NCBI RefSeq assembly: GCF_006345805.1
Contig: NC_043022.1
Coordinates: 8,990,001 to 9,054,000, forward strand
Length of the DNA stretch: 64,000 nt
Reading direction: 5' to 3'
From: Octopus sinensis
Lineage: Eukaryota
Part shown: positions 1-12,714 of the stretch, piece by piece
Layout of the letters: each line of letters opens with the position of its first letter
Numbering within the stretch: position 1 is the first letter of the stretch
Notes under the pieces: generated by a model
The model's database searches: none
What the model was told of the DNA's origin: nothing
What the model saw: only the letters and a program-made list of their open reading frames with translations
Position numbers and translations under genes: made by a program

Positions 1-149
1 GTGTGTGTTTGTGTCTATCTGTCTGTTTCAGTGTGTGTGTGTGTGTATCTGTGTCTGTACATATGCATGCATGAGCTCTTACGTGTGCATCTATATTAGA
101 AGCTATGTACACCTGAGTGCTGGCATAGATGTCGTTACATATATGGATC

Positions 150-1110
150 CTATTACATACTGATTTTCTTGAATGTTTTACATTTCATGGCAGTACCTTT
201 GACAGCTTCTACCTGTAATTTTCTGACTAGGTATTTCCTTCCTATTTTACTGAAACCTAACTTCCAAAGATTAGCAGTGAGCCATAAAGCCAAGTGCTCC
301 AGGAATTATTGGTGGAAATCTAAATCTATTGTTTGGACAGAATATTACAGATTTCTCATCAGTTTGGCAAAGATGTTTTCTTTTTCATTGACCTTTAAAT
401 CAGGTTGACATCTGCTGGGGAACTGATTTCAACTTTTGTGCACAGTGTCTTTTGTCAACCCCAGGTTGTTATGTCTGGTCTATTAGCTTTTATTTTATTG
501 AAATCTTGAGAAGGATGTTCCATCAGTATGCTTTCTTATTATGTAAGGTTCTGCCCTCCACATTATTGTTACTTCTTAAATTTTCTCCCTGTGATTATCC
601 TTTCAGCAAATTTCATTGTATAATGTACTATATTGTTTGTTCCTTCAAAAGCCATGCCTGGCTCAGAAGGGCTGGTTTCCCGGCTTCTTGGCGTATAGGT
701 TCCCCACCTGGATGGGACACCGGTCCGTCACAGGAGGAAAGAGTGAGAGAAAGTTGTGGCGAAAGAATCAGCAGAAGTTTCGCCATTACCTTCTGCCAGA
801 GTCGCGTGGAGCTTAGGTGTTTCGCTCATAAACACACACATCGGCTGGTCTGAGACTCGAACCTGCGATCCCTCGACCGCGAGTCCACTGCTCTAACCAC
901 TAGGCCATGTGCCTCCACTATAATGTACTAGCCATTATATAATGTCTCCCTAGATAGAGAATATCATGACGACACCTTCAGGCAGCTACTGATGGTAAGG
1001 ATGACATCATGAATGTAATTTCATAGATCTGCATCAATTGTTACAACAGGTTTACTTGAATTTCTATCCCTTTTGTATATTTCCTGCCCTTGTATTGCAA
1101 AAACAAAAAT
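150..1110 (-). mobile_element. Degenerate 3' part of an RLE-type (R4/Dong-like) non-LTR retrotransposon, split by a SINE
   Basis: Minus-strand translation across frameshifts gives remnants of a CCHC-knuckle region, then NRPDI...EISSPADVN...EKE...PIIPGALG...KLQVEAVKGTAMKCKTF. This matches the PD-(D/E)xK restriction-like endonuclease C-terminus of R4-clade LINEs. Many stops. Confidence 0.6.
631..918 (-). mobile_element. tRNA-derived SINE, family C (GGAGGCACATGGCCTAGTGG head)
   Basis: A box TGGCCTAGTGG and B box GGTTCGAGTC on the minus strand. 12-bp TSD TATAATGTACTA at 619-630 and 919-930. Homologous copies at 21521 and 25345. Confidence 0.9.
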
Positions 1111-1199
1111 ACGCTGCAAAGTGAGTGCTAATATCTTATTTATTAGTCTAAGATAGACTGCTCTATTTGTATCAATTATTGTCAAAAATTAATGAACAA

Positions 1200-1203
1200 A
1201 CAA

Positions 1204-1236
<33 letters not shown>

Positions 1237-1305
1237 TGTATGTATGTATGTATGTATGTATGTATGTATGTACGTACATACGTACATACATACCTACCTA
1301 CCTAG
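1200..1305. repeat. (TATG)n microsatellite
   Basis: Direct reading of the sequence. Confidence 0.95.
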
Positions 1306-1401
1306 AATCTCCAGATTTTAACTAATTCTTTTTTTAAAATTTTAATGAAATGACACTTCATAATATATCTAATAGATAAGTTACAAGTTAAATCATACTC
1401 T

Positions 1402-1800
1402 CTTTTACTCTTTTACTTGTTTCAGTCATTTGACTGTGGCCATGCTGGAGCACCGCCTTCAGTCGAGCAAATCGACCCTGGGACTTATTCTTTGTAAGCC
1501 CAGTACTTATTCTATCGGTTTCTTTTGCCGAACCGCTAAGTGACAGGGACGTAAACACACCAGCATCGGTTGTCAAGCGATGCTAGGGGGACAAACACAG
1601 ACACACAAACATACACACACACATATATATATATATACATATATACAACAGGCTTTTTTCAGTTTCCATCTACCAAATCCACTCACAAGGCATTGGTAGG
1701 CCCGAGGCTATAGCAGAAGACACTCGCCCAAGGTGCCACGCAGTGGGACTGAACCTGGAACCATGTGGTTGGTAAGCCAGCTACTTATCACTTACCACAC
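1402..1800 (-). mobile_element. tRNA-derived SINE, family A (central TA/TG microsatellite core)
   Basis: Reverse complement of the full copy at 17097-17500. Confidence 0.9.
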
Positions 1801-2520
1801 AGCCTCTTCATGCTGAAGATTTTAAAACAAAAGAATGAAATAATGCTACACATGACAAGCACCAACCAGAAATTTTGAGAACTTCGTAACAAAAGAATAA
1901 TATGTGTACACTCTGCATCTTCTTCCCTGTGTTCCTTAATTTCAAAATGAAATTCACAATCACACCTCATGTTGTGATGGGATGATTTTTTCCCCTTGTA
2001 TTAATAGCCATAACTAGAGGGAACCACATATGTGTACATAATATTGTTGCACACAAAACACATTCTTTCATTTATGTTTCTTATCTGTTTTTCCATGAAA
2101 GCATGTGTTGAGTAAATACTCATTAAGACATTGTTTTACGGCTGGCTGCACTTCCTGTTGTTAATTTTTACAAATTTTTCAAGTAAGGAATTTTTATTCC
2201 ACTTGTCTTTGAAAGTTCTGAGCTGCAGGAAGCTTTGTTAATGGGGGATGTCAATAATGTCACTGTTTTTTCTTCAATGCTTTTTATGTGGAAACAGGGA
2301 ATGTACACATTCACGTAAATATGTATGCATACGCTAACACACACAAATGCATTTCCATTTATTGATTCTGTTCTCAAGGCATTGGTCTGCCCAAACAGAA
2401 AGCAGAAGACACTTGCCTAAGGTGTCATGCACAGAGATAGAACTCAAAATGATATATATTGATGCAAGCTTTGTATCCACACAGCTATGCCTGTGCATAC
2501 ATACATGTAAATATATACAT

Positions 2521-3017
2521 ATTCTTTTGTTCTTTTACTTGTTTCAATCGTTTGACTGTGGCCATGCTGGAGCATCGCTTTAAAGGGTTTTATTCAAAGA
2601 AATTAACCCCAGGGACTTATTCTTTGTAAATCTAGTACTTATTCTGTCAGTCTCTTTTGCCGAACCACCATGTTATAGGGCGGTATAAACACCAACATCA
2701 GTTGTCAAGCAATGGTAGGGGGACAAACACAAACACAAAGACACACACACACATAAATATATATATATATACAAAATAAGCAACAAGAATATCTTCGGTA
2801 ATTTTGTATGATCGTTTCACGCTACATCATTTTATTAAGCATTGTAAGTATTACCACAGTTTTAAAATGTTGAGCAATCATCAGCCATTTATAGAGATTT
2901 TCCATTAATACATATTTTCATATTAATTAATAACATTATAAAGAAGGTAGATATATAGACAGAGATGTCAATTTGAATTTTAAGAACATTAAGGTAATAG
3001 AATTTATCTTCTAATTC

Positions 3018-3052
<35 letters not shown>

Positions 3053-3215
3053 ATGGGTTTCTTTCAGTTTCTGGCTACCAAATCTACTCACAAAGCTTTG
3101 GTCAGGTCAGCCTGAGGCTATAATAGAAGACATCTGCTCAAAGTGCCACACAGTGGGACTGAACCTGGAGCCGTGTACTTGAGAAGCAAGCTTCTTACCA
3201 CACAGCCACACTTGT
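2521..3215 (-). mobile_element. Family A SINE pieces (3' half about 2521-2765, 5' half about 3030-3215)
   Basis: Homology to 17097-17500. Confidence 0.75.
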
Positions 3216-5311
3216 TCCTATCTACATATTTCAAGTAGTGGGGGATCTAAATGATCCTGGCAAATAACTTGGAGGGACTCCAATGTATATCAGCCTAACA
3301 GGGACTCAGAATACTTTCAATCAATCAACCAGTCAATATAGCAATCAGTGCAATGTTAAACTATTGTATATTGATCTTAAGCTTACTATAAATCTGCTTA
3401 TGTAGCAACGAGACACTGCACATATAACATGATGTCTTTATATATGTGTGTGTGTGTGTGTGTGTGCCAATGCATGGAACTCTCAGCCTTTAAATCACTC
3501 TGTAACATATATATATATATATATATATATAAATAATATAATATATGTGTGTAGTATAAATTATGTGTATAATTTATATTGTAGAGTAAAATTGGGATGG
3601 TCTGAAGTAGTCAGCCAGATCCAGCAAAACTCATTACTGCATGACTGTTAAACATTTATTGAGGAGGAAAAAAAAATGAGGAGGAGGTGAAAAGGAGGCT
3701 GAAGTGGAGGAGAGAGAAGGAAAAATTATAATTCTGTATGTGTTGTAAATAAAATATTGGCTTAATATGAAACTAAACTTAAAAGAAAAAAACAAAAACA
3801 CCCAAATTTATTATAACATTTGTTATTAAATTGAATAAAAAAAAATGATAATAATAAATGAAATCTTAAATAAGATATATCAATAATATAATATTGAACT
3901 GCTATTCAATTCAGTTTTTGCCAATAGGAAATTATTAATACCTCAGTGATTGGATGAATGTTGAAGGTGTGGAATGATAGATTAATAGAGGGCGCCATAC
4001 TAGTTTACTTACATTATCTAGTTACATCTTTTTAGAGTTCCTAGATCGTATTCTGACATGGTGGGAAATTGTTAAGTCACTTCATCATCATCTTCATCAT
4101 CATCATTTAACGTCTGTTTTCTATGCTGGCATTGGTTAGACAGTTTGATTGAGACGGATAATCCTGAGTGCTGCACCAGGCTCCATCATCTTTTTTTGCC
4201 TGGTTTCTATGACTAGATGCCCTTCCTAATGCCCATCACTTTATAAAGTGTACTATGTGATTTTTACATGTCACTGACATGGGTATCTTTTACATATCAA
4301 CGGCACCATTGAAGGACTGAAATAAATGTTTGAAATACTGAGATATGGTGCTTTACTCTTTTGATACTTTTATATCCTGGTGTTGGATAAATAATTTAAC
4401 AAAGCAAGGGAAAGAAATATTTGCATGATGCACTACTATTTCTGTTACACAATGTTAAACGCTCTCTGCCAACAGCTCACAGTGAACTGCTTACCATCAG
4501 TTGCTCACAGTTCTTTATTTTATAGTAATATGTTAGTCCACTTTAGTCACTTGGGTGGTTGGAATCCTTCCACAACAGATACCAACTTGTCTGAAAATGT
4601 CCTTAATTCTTTGGCACGAGGTTTCCTTATTAAAGTGATCTAAATTAAAACTTTCCATCAGAAATTTGTGTTAATTTATGTTCTAAATACCAAGTTAATA
4701 ATGACAAAGATATTTCAAAAAATTCTTCATCATTTTCAAAATGAATTGAAACAAAGCAGTGTATTTCAACAGAAATGTGGTAATGAGAGAGTTGAATCTA
4801 GTTGCAGTCAATTCTGCTCTATCATCTTTCTGAGATATCAATATAAATATAATAAGACACCAGTCATGTACTGAGGGTTGATTTAATATTTCTATAAACA
4901 TATAGATAATACATAGTTGTGTAGTTGAGAGGTTTGCTTCCCAGTCATGTGATCTTGGGTTTAGTCCTGCTGTGTGACACCTTGGGCAGCTGTCTTCTGC
5001 TATAGTTGCAGGCTGACCAAAGCCTTATGATTGGATTTGGTAGATGGAAACTGAAAGAAGAGCATTGTGTGTGGGTGGGTGTGTTTGTGTGTACTCTTTT
5101 TTGGACATTATTTGATTACTGTAAATGAGCATCACCTTCATACAAGTGATGTTGTTCATTTCCAGTCTTCCACAAAAACATGTCTGGCCAAGCAGATGAG
5201 GAACGGTGACAGACAGAGCATTTAGACACTGAAAACGCTATCTCATTAAACTTCTGTATGACCCATGGAAGCATAGAAAATTGGAATTTAAATCATGATG
5301 GTCATCTATTT

Positions 5312-5540
5312 CTTTACTACCCACAAGGGTCTAAACACAGAGGGGACAAACAAGGACAGTCAAACAGATTAAGTCAATTACATCGAACCCAGTGCGTAAC
5401 TGGTACTTAATTTATCAACACCGAAAGGATGAAAGGTAAAGTCGACCTCGGCAGAATTTGAACTCAGAACGTAATGCAAGACGAAATACAGCTACGCATT
5501 TCGCCCAGTGTGCTAACATTTCTGTCAGCTCACCACCTTA
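5312..5540 (-). mobile_element. SINE, family B (GGCGG...GCAGAAACGTTAGCAC head)
   Basis: Reverse complement of 31445-31678. B-box-like GAGTTCAAATTC. Confidence 0.85.
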
Positions 5541-6079
5541 TCATGATGGTCATCATCATCATCATATCATCATCATCATCATCATCATCCTAGATGTGAA
5601 CTGAATTATTATGGAAGACAAAGCAAAATCAGATATGATCAGTATTTCATCCCTTGGCATTTCTTAAGTCAACTACAGATTTCTTTCCTATAATTTGAGG
5701 TCAATTACCTGTGTTTAGAAATCAGCATTTAATAATGTTTTACCATTTTAATTGCAAGAAAATGAAATCCAAAGTCTGAGAGAGTAAATCTATAGGATTT
5801 TCAATCAGATTTAAATACCATTAGTTTTACTATAATTAGTATAGAATTAACAATTCTTTCCCAGAGTTGTTTAGAATGCCATGTAGAATGTCTTGCAGTA
5901 TTTGTTCTCAGGGTTCAAATCTCACCTAGATCAACTTTCATCTTTTCAGGGTTATTAAATAAAGTACTAATCCAGTCCAATGCACTGGCAGAATGTTAGA
6001 TCATCAAAAGAAATGTTTTGTTGTATCTGTTTCTGCTATGTATGGTGTTCAAATCTTGGTTTCTCTCATTGGGAAATCC

Positions 6080-6306
6080 TTGACCTTTAGCATTCAGATT
6101 TCTCTGTCAAATGTTATGTTTATTTATTTACATTGATTTGAATTAGTCAAACATTACTTTATAGCTTTGAGAATTCGAATGCGTTATTGCTTATTTTAAG
6201 AATAATATTGTAGGGGATGTGTGAAAGGCCGGATCTGGCCAGTTTGAAGATAAAACAGGTAGAATATTTTGGCCAGATATGGCTGGTTTAAGCGCTAAAG
6301 GGTTAA
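6080..6306. mobile_element. piggyBac-like MITE
   Basis: Termini TT(G/A)ACC(C)TTTAGC ... GCTAAAGGGTTAA (TTAA-type ends). Homologous to 47944-48160 and 48170-48384. Confidence 0.65.
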
Positions 6307-6457
6307 GCAAATGTCCAAATATTTTAAATGAATACTGTTGATGCTAGTGAACCAGCTGAGAGGAGAGAATGCAAAGGGGCCACTCTAACCCTGTACACTC
6401 TATGAACAATATACATATCACATGTGATTGTCTGTGTCACTGTGTGTGTGTGTGTGT

Positions 6458-6512
<55 letters not shown>

Positions 6513-8008
6513 ATGTTTATATCATGCACCAGATATCAGTGAAGAATGTAAACCTTAACAAAAAGAACTGTTTTTTACCGAAAGTCCACCAAGTTACCAA
6601 TACTTTGATGTCCGTCTCAGCATCAGAATTGCCATGAGCCAGCAATTGGTCCACTGGAGATCAACAACCAACACTTTTGCCCGTAAATGGAGACATACAA
6701 TAAATTTTTAAAAAGGGCGTATTTGACAGGAAGTCTTGCAAACATATTTGTTCTAAGTAATAAACTGCAGGCATGCCTGAGTGGTTAAACAGCTTGCTTC
6801 ACTACCATGCACTTTTGGGTTCAGTCCCAATTCACAGCACCATAGGTAAATGCATTCTACTATAGTGCTTGGCAAACCAATACCTTGTGAGTGAATTTGG
6901 AAGATGCAAACTGCTGAAGCCCTTCATGTATGCATCTGTGTGTACCACTGAGTCTCCCCAAATTAGAAATTATTAATTAAATATCATCCTAGCTTAATAA
7001 GATTAAAGACAAGCATGTCATATCAATATATGTCATAATACAAACAACAAAACCTCCATGAACCTTGAACCCTTTAATATGTTCAACCTTACAAGACATA
7101 AAAGATTCATAGACAACAGGCATATATGAATATATTCTCATCATCAACTGCTTCATGGATATCACTATGGTTTTGAAATTTGGTTTCTGTGTGTGTATAT
7201 ATATACACACACACACACATACACATGCGCACACACACACATACAGAAAATAAAGGAATTCTTGAATGCATGATGGCTGTGAAGACAGCTTAGAAAATAA
7301 GGCAAATGCCCTTTAAAAGATGGGGAAAAGTGACCAGCAACCTCTACAGAGAATTGGGATCACTTTCTTTTTATCCTCTAAAGGGTATTTTGTCCTATTT
7401 TCTAACCTGTCTTCACAGCCATCCTATGTTCAAGAATTCCTTTATTTTCTGTACAATACTGACTGACTCAGTGCTTATAAGTGTGTGTGTATGTGTGTGT
7501 GTGTGCCCCACCCCACCACATGAGAACCAGTGTTTGTTTATGCACATATTTGTACCTCAGTAGTTCAGTACAACAGACCAATAGTATTCATACCAGACTT
7601 TAAAAAAAAATATACTGGAGCTGATTTGTTCAGTTAAAACCCTTCAAGGTGGTGCCCCAACATGACCACAGTCCAATGATGTAAAAAGTAAAAGATTAAA
7701 AAATGTATGAAAAGAATGTTCGGTAGCACTACAAGCCAGTTGGTAGAAAAATATAATTTATACATTATATCTTACTCTTAAACTGTTTTAAAGCTAAAAC
7801 TGCTTGTGAGGTTCAAAAAGAAAGTTTATAGATAAGAAAAAGAAAATTTCTTCCAATTAGGTGATAAAAGATGAGTACAACTTAATAGGTTGATTTTAAA
7901 TTCTATCATCAAAATTCTCACAGCTGGTGTTGTTTCTTTCCCCTTGACTGATGACACATGAAGATAAAAATGCAAACAGAGCTAAACAGGCTTCTATATA
8001 ATGCCAAA

Positions 8009-8058
<50 letters not shown>

Positions 8059-8338
8059 TATAATATATATATATATATGTGTGTGTATATGAAAATGAGA
8101 TGACAACTAAATATGAACTTCATTAGCTTCATTGTTTCTGCTATAAGATGCTGCAGACTGATAGATAAGTGCTTGAGTAACACCTTATAACTTCATCAGA
8201 GCCTCATCTATGAAGTACTCAACTAACATTCCATTCGGAAGCATATGTAGATTGAGTTCTACACCAGGTTACTAGTCTCACAATGCCTAAATGATATATA
8301 TATATATATATATATAGATATATATATATATATATATA

Positions 8339-8560
8339 CCAGAGTAAACACATAAATGTGAAGCAAGGTGGAAAAAAGAGTACTCAAATGCCAGGGGTAG
8401 AGTAATATGCCTTACTTAAAAGCAGCAGAAATTTAACAAAAGCTGTTACTTGGAGTTTCACATTCCCATTTGTCGGACAACAAAACTGTCCGACGAACGG
8501 GAACGTGAAACTCCGAGTAACAGCTTTTGTTAAATTTCTGCTGCTTTTAAATAAAGTATA
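8339..8560 (+). mobile_element. Palindromic element resembling a Penelope pseudo-LTR, flanked by (TA)n
   Basis: Near-perfect hairpin 8411-8556 with arms of about 70 bp. A second family member lies in reverse orientation at 46425-46618. Confidence 0.7.
8484..8525 (+). ncRNA. Minimal type-I hammerhead ribozyme-like motif with variant core CCGACGA
   Basis: AACUGU / CCGACGA / ACG-GGAA-CGU / GAAA / CUCCGAG / UA / ACAGCU. Stems I and II, GAAA and a GUA triplet are in the correct order. Core position U4 is C. Confidence 0.55.
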
Positions 8561-8577
8561 TATATATATATACATAT

Positions 8578-9035
8578 ACCTATCATTTGTTTCAGTCATA
8601 GGACTACAGCCATGCTAGGGCACTGCTTTCATGGGTCTTAGTTGAACAACTTGAATCCAGTACTTAATTTTTTCATAGCCTGGTACTTATTCTCTTGGTT
8701 TCGTATTTTAAACCACTAAGTTATAGGGATATAAACAAACCAACACCTTTTGTCAAGTGGTGTAGGGGAGAGGACAAACAGACACAAAGATGCACCACAC
8801 AAATATAAATGTGTGTGTGTGCTTATATATGTGTGTATTGTGTGTATGTGTATTTATATATATACACACACTTGATGGGCTTCATACAGTTTCCTTCTAC
8901 CAAATTCACTCACATATCATTGGTCATCCCAGAGCTATATTAGGATACATTTGCTCATGGTACTGTACAGTGGGACTGAACCAAAATCCACCTGGTTGCA
9001 AAGTGAACTTCTTAACCACACAGCCATGCCTGTGC
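8578..9035 (-). mobile_element. Family A SINE, diverged
   Basis: Homology to 17097-17500. Confidence 0.75.
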
Positions 9036-9201
9036 CTATATATTTATATATATATATATATATTTTTTTTCTTTTATGAATTACAAGTTGCTTGTTCAAC
9101 ATTATGTCTTTTTACTTTGATCACCCTAACAAAGTAAACCTGAAACATGATATTAGTTAGAATTCAATGCAGCATCCCAGTCTTCCTTGTTGTTTTTACA
9201 G

Positions 9202-9393
9202 GTCTTGTTGAAAACATCCGTCTAGCTGATATGAATAACTGGTCTTTAAGTCCTGAGCAGTTTGCTGACTTAGCATCTTCTTTGAATAGCTTCTTCAGTC
9301 AAACTGGGCTGTCGTCTCCTTGTCTAAGTGAAGTAGGCTCCCAACCAATGACGTCCATCCAATATGACGACAGCCACCAGAATCCAGGTCCAG
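9202..9393 (+). CDS. FOXJ3: Internal exon of a FoxJ2/3 forkhead transcription factor (C-terminal conserved region)
   Basis: Acceptor tcttccttgttgtttttacag|G and donor CAG|gtaagg. 192 nt, phase 1/1, open. Peptide [40 protein letters not shown] closely matches the vertebrate FOXJ3/FOXJ2 C-terminal motif (recalled as [34 protein letters not shown]). Confidence 0.88.
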
Positions 9394-10211
9394 GTAAGGC
9401 TGGATCTGTTATTAACATTGTTTCTCCATCTTTTGAGGCTGGTTAAGATGGGAATTGATTCAAATGTTTTCATCATATACTATACAAATATTCTATGCAC
9501 AAACTAACTACTAGCTACTAATTAATTAACAAAATCACCAAAATTATTAATCTAAAATTGTTCACTAATACTGCACCTACTCACACTAATACCCTATTTT
9601 CTTTCTTTCAGTTTTGTCCATTATTTTTTTTATATTTTTAACAACACACTTTATTCTTTCTCTACTTAGAAATTAATATTTAAGTATAAGCTTCAAAACT
9701 AAGGTGACCTCTCCCACTAAAATACATTGAGTAAGGATTCTATTATAGTAGAAATGTTGGATCAGATCTCATCAGAGCCTTCTTAATGGTGTTATAGACC
9801 TCTGGGCAAATCAATAGTATTTATTTACTGACAGCAAGCCACAGCATACATAAGTCCAGAATTGGGTCCCTAGGCCAGTGAGGCTCTTGGTCAACTGCCC
9901 AATGTGCTTATGCCATAAGACCACATTGGGTCTCTTGGAATCAAGTCTTCATTCTGGAGCACTCAGGAAATCTAAACTAGACAATGTAGACAGAATCCTT
10001 CCTTTGACTACTAAAGTAAGAAAAAAAATTTTGCCTTAAATTCCAAATGTTCTTTTGGAAAATTCAAAACATTTTGAAAACAAAATCTTTATCAGCAAGC
10101 TTGAACTCATTTCATATTAATATCAATGACTTTCTCCCCTTCTTGAAATTAGAATTGCATAGACACACTTCAACTACTTCCTTCAACTATTGATTATTTT
10201 ATCCTTCCATT

Positions 10212-10269
<58 letters not shown>

Positions 10270-10282
10270 ATACATATATATA

Positions 10283-10348
<66 letters not shown>

Positions 10349-11193
10349 TTGTATTGTCCATCATTTGAATTTTCAGCAGTGAAGAATTTTCAACAGCAAA
10401 GGAAGAGATGCAGATTTCAAAACATCTTTATTATTATTTTCTTTTTTCCGCTCTCACTCCTAAATGTGTTTTTATATTTGTTTATTTGTTTGCTGTTTTT
10501 TTGTTTTTTCTTCTTCTAACAAACTTAAACTTTTCTACTTTTAATGATTTATAATTGCCACATAATGAAATTATAAACTTCAGATGTATCCTTGTAGTCA
10601 TTGCATTCAAAATTCAAGTCATTTTAAAAACTTTTTCTAAACTTAAAGTGGTAAATATTAATGCATATGTGTATGTGTGTGCGTGTGTGTGTGCATGTGT
10701 GTGTGTATTTGTTATACAGTACTGTAGAAAATATATGTATCAAACCAGTAATTTATATATTATTCAGTATATATATATATTATATGTATAGAAAATCCAA
10801 GAATGGAAGTTATGGTATTACAGTATTGGATTTACTGTATTATAATCCATGACAAAGAGATCATCCCTGCTGGAATTTCAGTTTGTATGTACAGTTTCCT
10901 ATATGGAATATTGTCCACTTCTATACACTTTGTTAGTCAGTATTATGACATACATAAATACATATATACATCACACCACATCGCATTCATTCATCCATGT
11001 ATGCATGCATGAGACTGAGGGTACACTTATTGATTCTATAAATCCCCTCTAATCTTATATATATAAATGTGTGTACATATACATACATGTATGTGTATTG
11101 GAAGTGGTATACAGTTGACCAAAGAGGCCAACAAAATGTCCTATTTATCTCATATACTACAAAAATCTCTTACGTTCTATATATTTATAATAC

Positions 11194-12239
11194 TGTTACG
11201 GGGGGACCTCCATCGAACGAAAGCTGTTACGGAATCCCTCCCACAGGCCCATTCGATTAGCGAATGTTCGCCACGGAAACTCGGAGAGGAGAGAGAGACA
11301 ACAACAACAGCAGCAGGAAGAAGAGACACAGAGATACAGCGGAAGGCAATTGGCTACGTTTAACAACTAGTTTATATGACTATTACAACATCAAGTACAT
11401 TTAAAGATAACACATGCAAGAAACAGGTATACAACAGGTAAATACAAGCAAGTAACAGAATCAACACATCACAGCATTTAAACTGTCCGGGTAACAACAC
11501 ATCAAATGCAATAACAACAGCATTTCAAGAGTACACGTCCGGAGACAACAGTTCTGTTTCAAAACACATTAAAGTTACAGTTCAAAGGACATTAAAGGCC
11601 TATACAGTTCAATATTCATTACACAGTTCTCTCTTCAACAACTCTGTACACAATGTCTTTACACAGTTCACATTGTTCTTTTCTACTGTCTCATTTCTTT
11701 TACAGTTCAATACATCGATTCTTTCCTTCTTTTTCTTCACATATCAATACACAATTCACGTACCTTAGTTCCTACTATAATAGCCAATGTCTCATACTGC
11801 ACCCCATCTCTCTCAACACTACTAAATCAAACTTGCTAACCGCTTGCCTTGAATTCCAAATCCTGACTCCTAAATCCAACCGCTCGCCTTGACTTCCAAA
11901 TACCGACTGCCAAAACCTCTTGCTCTGTCACCACCCCCAATCTCTCTTAGCACTGCTAATACTCTCTCTATCGCCGCTTGGTCCTATCTGCCTGTCTTCA
12001 TCGACGCTGTCACTGTCACTCTCTCATGACAGGCTCCTCAGATTCCTTAATCTGTCTTTCTCAGCCCTTCTTTTTAAGGGGTGTTTAGAACGAACTTTCC
12101 TTGACCGGCAAAGGGTAGGGGTCTTTCCAAAAGCCATTACTCTTCCCAAAAAAAAGGACTATAACTTTTTATTCCAGACTTTGTCTCCAAGCCAGCAAAG
12201 TAGGTCACAATCAACTGTCCCTAAGTTGAACTCACAACA
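11194..12239. mobile_element. Solo LTR (1046 bp), probably Gypsy-type
   Basis: Begins TGTT and ends AACA. 4-bp TSD ATAC at 11190-11193 and 12240-12243. CpG-retaining and compositionally distinct from the flanks. Confidence 0.75.
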
Positions 12240-12340
12240 ATACATTAGGAACTATTATCTTTTTTTATCACAAAATTAATGAAAATACACCATATATAAA
12301 TACATATGAGTGTGAACACATGCACACATGTATGTGTGTG

Positions 12341-12372
<32 letters not shown>

Positions 12373-12674
12373 ATATACACACACAAATGCATACACAGCT
12401 AATCACCTTCAACTACAGGTGAAATTGTGCAATGGATAGCAACTCCTCTTTTCCTCTCAGAAAAGGGTTTTTAAATTTTGTTTTTGTTGTTTTTTCACCA
12501 CTAAGCTAATGAAGATTGTATATTCACTTTTTGCATAAAAGAGGTTGTATCTGTCCAGCCTACATGTCTGTTAGAGCCATCTGTATTGCCAAGTGCGATA
12601 GTAAATGCGAAACCCATGTTAACTTTCTGATTGATTATATGCCATAACCAGGAATATACAACATGACAATATAA

Positions 12675-12714
<40 letters not shown>

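Noticed and set aside
9200-9446. Minus-strand exon reading ([21 protein letters not shown]... or LKRWRNN...)
   Set aside because: It is the antisense mirror of the FoxJ exon. The plus strand has both strong splice sites and recognisable homology.
11067-12279. ORFs overlapping the solo LTR
   Set aside because: No gag or pol motifs; they cross the LTR boundaries and are incidental.
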